Shown: one piece after another, positions 52,004 to 64,000 of the stretch
How positions within the stretch are numbered: position 1 is the stretch's first letter
Layout: the number at the start of each line of letters is the position of its first letter
DNA from: Octopus vulgaris
Lineage: Eukaryota
Assembly (NCBI GenBank): GCA_951406725.2
Contig: OX597826.1
Coordinates: 13,082,001-13,146,000, forward strand
Length of the DNA: 64,000 nucleotides
Direction of reading: 5' to 3'
Translations under genes and position numbers: made by a program
Notes under the pieces: generated by a model
The model's input: only the letters and a program-made list of their open reading frames with translations
What the model was told of the DNA's origin: nothing
Database searches by the model: none

Positions 52004-52205
52004 TGTGTGTTTGTCCCCCACCATTGCATGATAACCAGTGTTGGTTGGTTTACATCCCTATAACTTAGCTGTTCAGCAAACGAAACCAATAGAATATGTA
52101 CCAGGGTTAAAAAAAAACTACTGGGGTTGATTAATTCAACTAAAAACTTTTCAAGGCGGTGCCCCAGCATGGCCACAGTCTAATGACTGAAACAAGTAAA
52201 AGATT

Positions 52206-52272
52206 AAAGAATCTACATAATAATCAAAGGTGAAAAAATATTTTTCACCTTTGATTATTATGTAGATTCTTT
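52206..52272. repeat. perfect 32-bp hairpin, 3-nt loop
   Basis: aaagaatctacataataatcaaaggtgaaaaa-ata-tttttcacctttgattattatgtagattcttt. Confidence 0.95.
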
Positions 52273-52332
52273 TTTTGTTTTTACCTATTCGTTTTTATTT
52301 TTATTTATTTTTTTTTATTTTTTTTATTTTAG

Positions 52333-52374
52333 TTCTTTGCTTCCAAAAACGAAACCAAAATTGTCCAGAACTGA
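52333..52374 (+). CDS. DDX11: DDX11 last coding exon
   Basis: long polypyrimidine tract then ttttag|; FFASKNETKIVQN* in phase 0; polyA signal about 107 nt after the stop. Confidence 0.85.
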   Translation, partial: FFASKNETKIVQN

Positions 52375-52480
52375 CCCTTGTACAGAAATACATCATCATA
52401 ATCATGTTCTTCATCCCTGTCACCATCCTCTTTGGCTATCATCATCATTACAGTTGGCTGTTTTGTTATTCTTTAATGGA

Positions 52481-52486
52481 AATAAA
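52481..52486 (+). terminator. candidate polyadenylation signal of DDX11
   Basis: AATAAA followed by T/GT-rich sequence. Confidence 0.55.
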
Positions 52487-52730
52487 AACCATTTTTTTTA
52501 ATCAACAGATTGTGTTTATGTTGTTCTCATTAACAGAACTATGTTAAATGTAATTTATATATTGTTTAATTGATTTCAATATAGGCACAGGCAATCATGT
52601 GATTTGGGCTTTCATTTCACATGGGGGTGTCTTCTTCTATAGCCCCAGGCTGACCAATGCCTTGTGAGTGAATCTGGAATTTGGTATGAGAAAACTGCGA
52701 GGAAGCCCTTCATGTATGTGTGTGCATATG

Positions 52731-52781
<51 letters not shown>

Positions 52782-53013
52782 AAAAAATATATATAAAAAT
52801 ACAAAATGGGACAAGAACGCAAAACACTCAAAGAGACGACACAAAAAACGGACGGGTCATTCGAAGCCTCTAATCTTCAGTCAAGAACCAGATCATCCTC
52901 GCAATTTCGGCTGATTAATCTTGAGGTCGCTCCAATCCGGCCAGCCCCAAGGAAAAACTAAGCTACGACCATTAGATTTCTTGGAAAAAGGATCGAATGT
53001 ATACAAAACAAGG

Positions 53014-53217
53014 AGGGCGTCCCAGAAGTCGCGCACCATCCTGGTTTTTAAAAGAATACAGCCTTATTGATTTCACACTTTATTGAAATTAATCACAACA
53101 AATGCTCAAATTGAGCACCCTCTACAATAAAACATGCAGAAAAAAATATAATAAAATAAGATGCTTTAATAATTTTAAATGAAAACCAGAATGGTGCGCG
53201 ACTTCTGGGACACCCTG
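53014..53217. mobile_element. Tc1/mariner-type MITE
   Basis: about 35-bp TIR (C)AGGG(T/C)GTCCCAGAAGTCGCGCACCAT; right end followed by TA. Confidence 0.8.
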
Positions 53218-53235
53218 TATATATGTGTGTGTGAA

Positions 53236-53538
53236 GGCGCATGGCTCTGTGGTTTGAGCATCGAGTTTACAATCATGATGTTGTGATTTCGAATCCTGGA
53301 CCGGGCTACGTGTTGTGTTCTTGAGCAAGGCACTTAATTTCACAGCTGTAATGAGTTGCAATGTCACAGGTACCAAGCTGTATCGGCCCCTTTGCCTTTC
53401 CCTTGTGGCTTGGAGAGGGGAGGCCGATATGTATGGGTGACTGCTGGTCTTCTTTAAACAACTTTGCCCAGACTTGTGCCTTGGAGGACAGCTTTCTAGG
53501 TGCAATCCCATGATCAGTCATGACCAAAGGGGGTCTCA
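53236..53538 (+). mobile_element. tRNA-headed SINE family D
   Basis: ggcgcatggctctgtggtt..ttcgaatcc..gtgttcttgagcaaggcactt; reverse sister at 55227-55490. Confidence 0.75.
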
Positions 53539-54506
53539 GCATCAGCAGCATATATATATATATATATATCATCATCATCATCGTTTAGCGTCCGCTTTCC
53601 ATGCTAGCATGGGTTGGACGGTTCGACTGGGGTCTGGGAAGCCAGGAGGCTGCACCAGGCTCCAGTCTGATCTGGCAGTGTTTCTACAGCTGGATGCCCT
53701 TCCTAATGCCAACCACTCCGTGAGTGTGGTGGGTGCTTTTTACATGCCACCGGCACAGTTGCCAGGGGAGGCTGGCAGCGGCCATGATCGGTTGGTGCTT
53801 TTTACATGCCATATATATATATATATGACACTTCATTGGTTACAAGGACGAGGGTTCCAGTTAATACAGTCAATGTAACAGCCTGCTCATAAAATTAACA
53901 TATAAGTGGCTGAACACTCCACAGACACATATACCCTTAACATAGTTGTCAGGGTGATTCAGCATGACACAGAATGTGACAAGGCTGGTCCTTTAAAATA
54001 CAAGTACTACTCAATTTTGCCAACTGAGTGAACCAGAGCAAGGACACATTGTGCCACTGAGAATCAGACTCACAACCTTACAACTGTAAGCCAGATATAG
54101 ATACACACACACACATATATATGTGTGTGTGTGTATTTATGTATATGCACACGCTTGACTTCTTTCAGTTTTTCCTTTACCAAATCTATTGATATAGGCT
54201 TAGTCGGCCTAGCATTATTAAAGAAGTTATTTGCTCAATGTAACATACGATGGAACTGAAGCTAAGACCACATTGCTGGAAAGCAAGAGTCATACTTATC
54301 TATATTTATGAATCTATATGAACAAGTGTAAATTCAAATTCTGCTTTTGACATCTTATTTGATATAAATTTGCGTTCATTCACTGATATATCTTAGTGAT
54401 ATTTTTATTTATATTGTATCTGCATGAGCACATGGGACAAAATATGTTCAGAGATCGTGGAAAGCTATTTTTCAATCTCACTTCATGTTTCAGTCACTTT
54501 AAATAA

Positions 54507-54537
<31 letters not shown>

Positions 54538-54551
54538 TTATTATATAGAAG

Positions 54552-54604
54552 GAGCTTCTACAGGACTAGAACTGTTTCATTCAAGAGAAATCTTCAGGAA
54601 GCTC
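54552..54604 (-). ncRNA. type I hammerhead ribozyme motif (mirror copy)
   Basis: exact reverse complement of 54607-54659. Confidence 0.6.
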
Positions 54605-54606
54605 CT

Positions 54607-54659
54607 GAGCTTCCTGAAGATTTCTCTTGAATGAAACAGTTCTAGTCCTGTAGAAGCTC
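54607..54659 (+). ncRNA. type I hammerhead ribozyme motif
   Basis: GAGCTTC-CTGAAGA-TTTC tctt GAAT-GAAA-CAG ttctagtc CTG-TA-GAAGCTC; GUA cleavage triplet; U-U at the base of stem II. Confidence 0.6.
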
Positions 54660-54769
54660 CTTCTATATAATAAATTAATTTTACTCTGCTATGTATTGAG
54701 TACCTTATTTACTGTGGTTAACCCCGAATCAACCCGGGACCTACATATATATATATATATATATATATA

Positions 54770-55179
54770 GGATCTTTTCGGTTCGAACAGCAGTTTTTTC
54801 TAGCGGTGTCATATGAAATTTTCACCCATAATTATGACCCTAGTATCGATCTATTGCATTTCAATCTGTTTTAGGGTTAGGGTTAGGGTGGGGACTGCTT
54901 TTTTTTTCTTTACAAATGTAAATAAACCCAATCTATTTCTTAAACGAGGGTCATATTCATACGGCACAAAATGTTTTCACCTCAATAGATGTCATTGATT
55001 GGTTGAAATTGCAGAAATTGAAAAAAAAAACAATAAATATCTTACAAACTATAGAATTTTCTCAATAAAGCCAAGAGGAAAAGATGTTTTTTAACACATT
55101 CTACCAGTATACAAAGTTTAAAAGTGTTTGGTTACGTGGAAATTATTTAAAAAAACTGCCGGTCAAACCGAAAAGATCC
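54770..55179. mobile_element. GG-terminated MITE with (TTAGGG)3
   Basis: same family as 8254-8667, inserted in (TA)n. Confidence 0.8.
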
Positions 55180-55187
55180 TATACATA

Positions 55188-55225
<38 letters not shown>

Positions 55226-56214
55226 AGGGGTAAAGACCCCCTTCGGTCATGAATGACCATGGGATTGCACCTAGAAAGTTACCCTCCTAGACACAAGTCC
55301 GGGCAAGGTTGTTTATGGAAGACCACCAGTCACCCATGCATACCAGCCTCCCCTCTCCACGCCACCAGTGTTATCCAAGGGAAAGACAAAGGTCGATACA
55401 GCTTGGCACCAGTGACGTCGCAACTCATTTCTACAGCTGAGTGAACTGGAGCAACGTGAAATAAAGTGCTTTGCTCAAGAAAAGCACTTTATTTCACGTT
55501 GCTCCAGTTATATATATATATATATATATATATTCACTACATCGTTTTCATGTCAAGTTATATGAAGTACATGTATATTCTATGTTACGAAAATATAATT
55601 GTGGCGCGGATGAAGTATGTAGATTTAAATTCTATGCAGAGGCGATGATGTCATACCACCTTTGACATTTCAGGATAGTTAAATGCTGTCTCTAAACACG
55701 CTATGATATTACGAAGCCAACATTGCATATAATTTTAAAGATTCAAAAGAAATGTTCATGGGAGACAACTCGATACCAAGTGATCTCCCTTCCTTATTTT
55801 GCAAGATGCTTATTTTGTTTTACTGCATCCTAATTTAACCAAATATATCTATTACCGTCCTTCTTTGGATATCTTCGATTACTTTAATCAAATATGTTTT
55901 CAGATTTTAAGAAGATAGTTCCGTGTAATTTGAGAGAGATTTGGTTGCTAATTCTAGCAGTGTAAACAACAGTCAAAGATTTCCATTGTTGACATGTATG
56001 TGTTTGTAATAAACGAAGTGAAAAAAAGTCGACAAAGATTAATATTCCAGAATATAGAACAGTTCTTTATGGATAATTTGTTGGTTTGGGGCTTTTGTTT
56101 TTGTTTGTTTGTTTTTACCTAAAGGTGTTGTAGCCCAGAAACCGAGCGGTTTATTGAATAATATATATCTATAAACATTTTACAGCTTTTAATATATTTA
56201 AAAAGTAAAAGATT

Positions 56215-56635
56215 GGATCTTTTCGGTTTGAACGGCAGTTTTTTAAAATAATTTCCACGTAACTAAACACTTTTAAACTTCGTATACTGGTAGAATGTGT
56301 TTATTAAACATCTTTTTCTCTTGGCTTTATTGAGAAAATTCTATAGTTTGTAAGATATTTGTTGGGTTTTTTTCTTCAATTTCTGCAATTTCAACCAATC
56401 AATGACGTCTATTGAGGTGAAAGCATTCTGTGCCGTATGAATATGTCCCTCGTTTAAGAAAGAGATTGGGTTTATTTACATTTCTGGAAAAAAAAAGATA
56501 CCCTTCACCCCCACCCCTAACCCTAACCCTAAAATAGATTGAAATGCAATAGATCGATACTAGGGTCATAATTATGGGTGACAATTTCATAGGACACCGC
56601 TAGAAAAAAAACTGCCGTTCAAACCGAAAAGATCC
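56215..56635. mobile_element. GG-terminated MITE, reverse orientation
   Basis: same TIRs; flanked by about 120-bp direct repeat. Confidence 0.8.
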
Positions 56636-56978
56636 GGTTGTTGTTTTTGTTTGTTTGTTTTTATCTAAAGGTGTTGTAGCCCAGAAACCGAGTGGTTTAT
56701 TGAGTAATATATATATATAATTTTACAGGTTTTAATATATTTAAAAAGTAAAAGATTTTCCGAATTATATTGTTGCTCATAGGTTAGTAACTTGTGATGT
56801 TACTGGAATGTACATATGTGACATATTGAAGATAAACCTTCAGTAAATAACTCTTTGACGCGCGATCAAAACCTTACTTCCCAACCACACGGTTCCGGGT
56901 TCAGTCCCTCGGGTCGACCAAAGCCTTGTGAGTGGACTTGGTAGACGGAAACTGAAAGAAGCGCGTCGTATATATGTG

Positions 56979-57350
56979 TATTAGGGTGTTCCGAAAATAA
57001 TGGCCGATTTCAAAGACATAATTTTATTCCAGTCTTTGGAATGTAATCCTCGCTGTATGCGGCCAAATATTATCCTGATGGAAGAACACCTTTCGTCTTC
57101 AAACCAAAGATGGCCATTTTTCTTCTAGTGCTGACTTAAGCCACTCAAGCTGCTTGCAGTAGATATACTTTGTTATCGTTTGGTTCAAAGTGGATTAAAC
57201 CTTTCATATCCCACCAAGCAGATAACAACACCTTACGTGGGTGAAGACACTTCTTTAAACCGGGGGGGGGGGGGGCAGTATTTCTCCTTTCTCTACCCAC
57301 TGACTTCAGCGCTTGACAGTTTCATAAAGAACCTATTTCTCGTCACCAGT
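56979..57350 (-). mobile_element. internally deleted mariner fragment
   Basis: homologous to about 20085-20410; tattagggtgttccgaaaataatg TIR-like end. Confidence 0.7.
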
Positions 57351-57950
57351 CACTCAGAACGTAACCACAGACGAAATACCGGTAAGCATTTCACCCGGCG
57401 TGCTAACGATTCTGCCAGCTCACCGCCTTTAGATGATAACATATCATCTAGTTCAACCTGTCGCATGGTCGGGTTGTCAGCGACTAAACCGGCACATCCC
57501 ATCAGGCTAACCTTATGTGGAGGGTTGCTAGAAACCCATCAGGACTACAACCAAGATCGGTCAAAAGGGCGGATGTATAACGTATAGATAAAGCGACAAT
57601 CTGGCAATAGCACGGGACCTCAAAAATTCCGGGCTTGCTGGAAGACCACCGAGAGTGAGGCCCCTCTCAGATTTTGTTAAAGTATGTCTCTAGGAGAAGG
57701 TCAGTCTGATATAAAACCGGATATGCAAGAAATGACATTGAACATTCTGTAAATCTTTTGCTTGTTCCTGATATCATGGTGCTCCCACATTCTTCATCTT
57801 GCAACCCATATTGGCACTCGAAATTTTGCCTAGGCTTGTCTGTGGGTCATTTCCATAGGGTGAAGAGGGTCTATGACGTACTGTGCAAGATTTACTGGAC
57901 CAAAACTTTTGCACAGGCATTGCTTTGTCAGTGATGGTTATACTCGTCGA

Positions 57951-58183
57951 AAGGCGGAGAGCTGGCAGAAACGTTAGCAAGACAGGCGAAATGCTAAACG
58001 GTATTTCGTCTGCCGCTACGTTCTGGGTTCAAATTCCGCCGAAATCGACTTTGCCTTTCACCCTTTCGGGGTCGATAAATTAAGTACCAGTTACGCACTG
58101 GGGTCGATGTAATCGACTTAATCCGTTTGTCTGTCCTTGTTTGTCCTCTCTGTGTTTAGCCCCTTGTGGGTAGTAAAGAAATA
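57951..58183 (+). mobile_element. SINE family A
   Basis: TSD ggttata(c/t)tcgtc. Confidence 0.88.
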
Positions 58184-58603
58184 GGTTATATTCGTCTACG
58201 AGCTGACAGCCATCATGTATGCATACATGCATGTATGTACTTTTCTGTTTTTAATTATTTAGATTCTTCCTTTGAAGAAGGAGCTTATTTCTAAGAACGA
58301 TACAAAGTTCAATCGTTAGAATATGGATAACGAAAGCAATGTCATATTTTCAAATTGAGAAAAGTCTTGCATAGTTTTACTGTTCCGCTTACAAATTGCA
58401 TTTGTAATCTGCAAGTCAGTTGATTTCTTTCTTTTTTTTTTGTTTTTTTTTTTTTTGTTTTGAAAATCCAAGCTTATCTAGGCTGACAGTTCGGCATTTA
58501 CTTAGAAAACCAAGTAGGGCACCTGTTAGTATTGGTATAAATGCAAATTATTGATATGCAAATCTGGATATAGATGCTGGAGGTTTGTATGTATGTATGT
58601 ATG

Positions 58604-58634
<31 letters not shown>

Positions 58635-59371
58635 GTTCGCATGCATGTATGTGTGCATGTATGTTGAATGTGTGTGTGTGCGTGCTTGTACGCGCTTCTA
58701 TAATTAGATCAGTACCATACTCAAATGTTAGTGTGTAGAAATTTGGAATCCGTGACCTGTACTTCGTGTTTAAATGCATCCCGTATCAAAATGTTCAAAT
58801 ACATTCAATCTATTCTAAACGTTTTAATTAATAAAAGACTATCGTTGTCCAAATTCCTGTTTGTTTTTATTTAATTTGTTTTTTTTTTTTTTTTTTTTTG
58901 TTTTTTATATGTGTGTTGAAATAATTCTATAAATAAATCCGGATAAGGTAGCCTTTAATCAAGTCATAAATAAGTATTATACTGTTGTTTTCATTCATTA
59001 TCGACTTCATCAAAGGTAACTGGCAGGCAGAATCGTTAGGGCGTCGGGAAAAATGCTCAGCAGCTTTGCTTCCGACTTTACACACTGAATTCCAATTACA
59101 CCGACATCAGCTTTGCTTTTCATCTTTTCCAGCTTGATAACATGAATTCCAGTCAAATACTAGACACGGTGTAACCGACCAGCTCCGTCTCCTCAAAATT
59201 TCTCACCGTTGTCCTGTAGTAGAAAAGGTTATCGATTATATTAGGGCGGTTATCGATTATATCAACAGCAATTATTCCAACTTCTGGTTGCGAGTTCAAA
59301 TTCCATCGAGGTCGATTTTACCTTTCATCCTTTCGGATTTGATAAAACAAGCACCAATCAAATGCTAGGGT

Positions 59372-59786
59372 CGGCGAGATGGCAGAAACGTTAGCACGTC
59401 GGGCGAAATGCTTAGCAGTATTTCCGTCTGCCGTTATATTCTGAGTTCAAATTCCGCCGAGGTCGACTTTGCCTTTCATCCTTTCGGGGTCGATTAAATA
59501 AGTACCAGTTACGCACTGGGGTCGATGTAATTGACTTAATCCGTTTATCTGTCCTTGTTTGTTCCCTCTGTGTTTAGCTCCTTGTGGCAATAAAGAAATA
59601 GGTATTTCCGTCTGCCGCTACGTTCTGAGTTCAAATTCCGCTGAGGTCGACTTTGCCTTTTATCCTTTCGTGGTCGATTAAATAAGTAACAGTTACGCAC
59701 TGAGGTCGATATAATCAACTTAATCCCTTTGTCTGTCCTTAGTTGTCCGCTCTGTGCGTAGCCCCTTGTGGGCAGTAAAGAAATAA
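59372..59786 (+). mobile_element. SINE family A dimer
   Basis: short TSD agggtc. Confidence 0.85.
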
Positions 59787-60521
59787 GGGTCGCTGAAATC
59801 GGCAACCCAGTCCCCTAAACTCCAGGCCTTGTATCTTCTATATAATAAAGGATTGTTTCCTACAGCATTGGTCTATTATTGGCTCAATTCCTTTTCTCTT
59901 CATACACATTGTCTTTCTTGTTATCCTTGAGGTAATTCAACGCGTGTGTAAGTAATTGACGGAACTTAAGACTCGGGTTAGGCTTGGGTAATTAAAGAAT
60001 ATCAAACGCAATTGAAAAACCCCATCGGGTGGTTAAGTCAAACGAATGCTAGGCTCTTTTACTTTGTTACTTGTTCCGACCCATGGGTTGCCGTCATGCT
60101 GGTGCATTACTGCTTAGCTTGAGCTGGGTAGAACATACCCAGATTGTGTCGATAAAAGTATATGAAGAACAAAAAGCAAAAGAAAATGTTTATTGTTCTT
60201 TTATTTTATAATCCTTACGAGTGTATCATAGACACAGAACTGTATTACTGATAATCCATTAAAATTTCGAAATTTATCGCTCTCTGTGCGAATTCAATTA
60301 ACTGCATACTCTGGTTAATTACATAGGTATAGCTATTGCACTTACTGAGGCTATGCAATTAAGCGAAATCAACCATGCGCGCGCACACACACACTCATGC
60401 ACACATACTCATGCACACACACACACACACACATACATGCATACACACACGCTAACACTCACATGTATGTATGTATGTATGCATGCATGCATGTATGTAT
60501 ATATGTATCTATCTATCTATC

Positions 60522-60603
<82 letters not shown>

Positions 60604-60624
60604 CGTGTGTGTATATGTATGTAT

Positions 60625-60674
<50 letters not shown>

Positions 60675-60836
60675 GACAGGCTTCTTTCAGTTTCCGTCTA
60701 CCAAATCCACTCACAAGGCATTGGTCAGCCCGGGGCTATAGCAGAAGACACTTGCCCAAGATGCCACGCAGTGGGACTGAACCCGGAACCATGTGGTTGG
60801 TAAACAAGCTACTTACCACACAGCCACTCCTGCGCC

Positions 60837-60871
<35 letters not shown>

Positions 60872-61361
60872 ATAAAATACAGTATACATTTAAACACATA
60901 AGGAATCCACTTGAGGGATTTAACACGCTAGAAAGAACAGCTAGGTTCTATAACCACAAAATTAGGGATATGGTTATGATGCATGTGCCTAGTGTACCCT
61001 TTATCAGACGGGTAGTCATAATGGGTATACTGGGCTTCGTATATTTCACCCAGTGTCACTTTGATGGCATGCACTGCTCTCTCATTCAATAATAATAATA
61101 ATGATAATAATAATAACAATGATAATAATAATAATAATAATAATTTTGTGGTTATAGAACCTAGCTGTTCTTTCTAACGTGTTGAATACCACAAGTGGAT
61201 TCCTTATGTGTTTAAATGTACACTGTATTTTATGACTAATACAGACCCTTTGGACTAAATTTTTACACGTTAGACCACTGGAAATGAAAATTTTAATAAT
61301 TAATTTCCATTTCCCTTTGATATGATTAAGTATATATATATATATATATATATACATACAT

Positions 61362-61423
<62 letters not shown>

Positions 61424-61521
61424 AATCCAAACATGAAAACACAAAGAGAAAACACAACAACGCGAGGACGTGGAACAAATATAGTGTTATTAGACGCTCA
61501 GGAAAGGAAAGAAAGAAGGAT

Positions 61522-61559
61522 GATTTAAAGTTTCGAGCGGCGCTCTTCGTCAGAAACAT
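61522..61559 (-). ncRNA. minimal Penelope-type hammerhead motif
   Basis: gttt-CTGACGA-a-GAGC gcc GCTC-GAAAC-TTT-aaat; stem III has T where G is expected. Confidence 0.45.
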
Positions 61560-61627
61560 AGGAAAAGGAAAGATCCCAAAAAGGGAAGACGGAGGAAAAA
61601 AATCGCCAACGGTACACACGCGGTCAC

Positions 61628-61684
<57 letters not shown>

Positions 61685-61739
61685 AACTGGTAATTCCAGT
61701 TTTCGAGGTCACACCGAGCTGTGCCGATATAATGTAGGC

Positions 61740-61755
61740 TAATAATAATAATAAT

Positions 61756-61790
<35 letters not shown>

Positions 61791-61816
61791 TAATAATAAT
61801 AATAATAACAATAATG

Positions 61817-61856
<40 letters not shown>

Positions 61857-62178
61857 CGATGATAATAATAATCCGTGGATAAAATTTATAAACATTTTAA
61901 TTTGTCACTACGCACGTTTCCACGAATCACATGTTTCTTAAGATCACAGTCCGTATTCCTGGGATGATTACAGTATAGTCTGGTATATCCATGGACATCA
62001 TGTTCATGCATTCATTTCTTCGGGCGGTGTCCATGTATACCACGGACTGTACTGTAATCATCTCAAGAATACGGACTATGATCTTAAGACATATGTGATT
62101 TGTGAAAACGCGCGTTGTGATGCATTAAAAAATTCAGAAATTCCATCCATGGATAATGATATTTATTTATTATTATTG

Positions 62179-62226
<48 letters not shown>
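61740..62226. repeat. imperfect fold-back with (AAT)n / (TTA)n outer arms
   Basis: about 130-bp imperfect inverted arms 61873-62152 inside complementary trinucleotide arrays. Confidence 0.8.
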
Positions 62227-62227
<1 letters not shown>

Positions 62228-62381
62228 GAGAGATGCACATATCGTCAGCCACTAAGGGATATGTTCAACTGGTTAAGGTCAAACAAGTGACAAGCAAATC
62301 TGTGGTATTGAGCAGAATATTTGCTGTAGCCCATCTTTTATACCAAGACAAATAATAATAATAATAATGATAATAATAATA

Positions 62382-62414
<33 letters not shown>

Positions 62415-62453
62415 GTTATTATTGTTATTATTATTGTTATCATTATCATTATA

Positions 62454-62491
<38 letters not shown>

Positions 62492-64000
62492 TATTATTAT
62501 TATTATTATTATTATGGATTTTTTTTGAAAAACAATTCGTATACATTTTTGTTATATTGAAGTGATATGTTTCGGATTCGGTAAGGATACTATTTTTTCC
62601 ATTCTTCCCACTACTACGAAAGAACAACCAAAAGGGCCCGGAACTATGTCTGTTTTGCTAATCTAATTCAACATTTCCAACTCTAATACATAAAGGTAAA
62701 ACATTCACTCAAAGACTTTTTCCTCTTCTATATTCTTCCTTCCTTTGTTTCGGTCTATCTCCAAGAATACTGTATCAACCATTATTTTGCAGTCCAGCAC
62801 CTAACTGCCTTCAATTAAAATTCCTTTGTTTTCTTTCACTTATAATTTTCTTTGGGTTTTTTTCATTCTGCCCTGAGCAAAATAATTAAGTAGCCTCGTA
62901 TATTTTCCATGATTTCTTTACCATTCTTCGAGCATAGATGGTTGTTATAGCAGTATGTATATGGGGTCGGCTGGGGGTGAATGGCAACTTCCTGCTAGCC
63001 CTTCCTTCCCACTTTCGTTATTATCATTAACCATTATCTCTTCCCAAATTTTGTTAAAATCATCTTTGGCACTCACTTAATTCATTCATTGTTTTACTTC
63101 TGCTTTCATTTTTACTTTTATTTTTATTCTTATTTTTATTTTTATTCTTATTTTCATTTTTATTCTTATTTTCATTTTCCAAGCGTGCACTACCCCTTGG
63201 GCTATTACTACTTTCAAACCACTGAGTACGCACTAAATATTTGGCAGTAGTTGTTCAGGAAGATCTCTCGAAGGAATGGCACCATCAGGCTGTCTTTTAA
63301 AAGATACATTAAATACGAAAGAAGCCTTCGAGTGATGTTCTAATACGAAATGATCCAACTAGGTTATGAGACCACTCCCCACAACCACACATACACTCAT
63401 ACGCACGCACACACGCACACATACTACGCAGACACATGCACACAAATCCGTATAAAATACAGCTTAGAGCTCATACATCCGGTGCTTCATGATTCGGCAA
63501 TTCCCAGGAGCTGACACGTTTTGAATCCGCCATCATTAGTCTGTACCTTATCTTATTATTTTTCGTTTTAGACTTTATCTTACAATATATAATAAACACT
63601 ATTAGTTGTATTATTTCCTGTTTGTTTTAAGTGGGGGTTTTTTTCTAGTTTCAATATAAATGTGGAATGACGGGTTGCCCTTCAAGGCCTGCCTCCGTTT
63701 TTTTTAACATTTACCCCGTGATCCGGCAGTAACCAAGTCCCAATGCTACCTGCTGAACAGATCCAACCTGTTCAATACCAGTCGGAAATATGGCATATTC
63801 GGATTTATGCATGCGTGGGCCCCCGACTATATGATGAGACTTCTCTCGGCGTAACAATGTCACTGCTTTATGGTGCAGAGGCATAATCGTCTGACTCACT
63901 TCTAGCATTAGGACTCTGAAGGATGAAGGGTCGATAAAATAAAATATTTATTAAGTACTGGGGTTGATTTAATCAACCAAAGCCCTGTACTCTAAACTTT

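Noticed and set aside
52850-52890. Minus-strand CTGAAGA...CGAAT motif (sister at about 19500-19530)
   Set aside because: GAAT instead of GAAA in both copies and no consistent stem II.
54871-54890. Telomere or chromosome fusion site
   Set aside because: Only 2-3 TTAGGG units, internal to a MITE.
55904-55918. Alternative DDX11 last exon (ILRR*) after ttttcag
   Set aside because: The exon at 52333 has a much stronger acceptor, a more plausible terminus and a nearby AATAAA.
57460-57935. HDV-like ribozyme in RTE-5'UTR-like sequence
   Set aside because: I could not assign the nested double pseudoknot by eye; needs an Infernal/RNArobo search.
63220-63345. Possible exon of a convergent minus-strand gene
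   Set aside because: Short open frames with no recognisable protein and a poor acceptor.

Overview
AT-rich, repeat-dense animal DNA; the SINE/RTE/microsatellite landscape points to an octopus (cephalopod) genome (inference). The only host gene supported is the 3' half of DDX11 (ChlR1/Chl1 helicase) on the + strand: 15 GT-AG exons (1685-52374) that I spliced by hand into one open frame of about 466 aa, ending FFASKNETKIVQN* with an AATAAA at 52481. The rest is mobile DNA: a near-intact RTE LINE (endonuclease, RT and a PHD finger; two +1 frameshifts) inside (TA)n, many RTE 3' ends, an ORF1-only L1/Tx1-like element whose 3' tail matches the commonest SINE, at least four tRNA-headed SINE families, R4/Dong-like and CR1 remnants, mariners, several MITEs and non-autonomous Helitrons. 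The most notable signal is a set of Penelope-type short elements with inverted ends carrying hammerhead ribozyme motifs, including a perfect palindrome with a type I hammerhead on each strand and a tRNA-headed SINE-like element carrying one. Repeat boundaries are by-eye estimates; no database searches were run.
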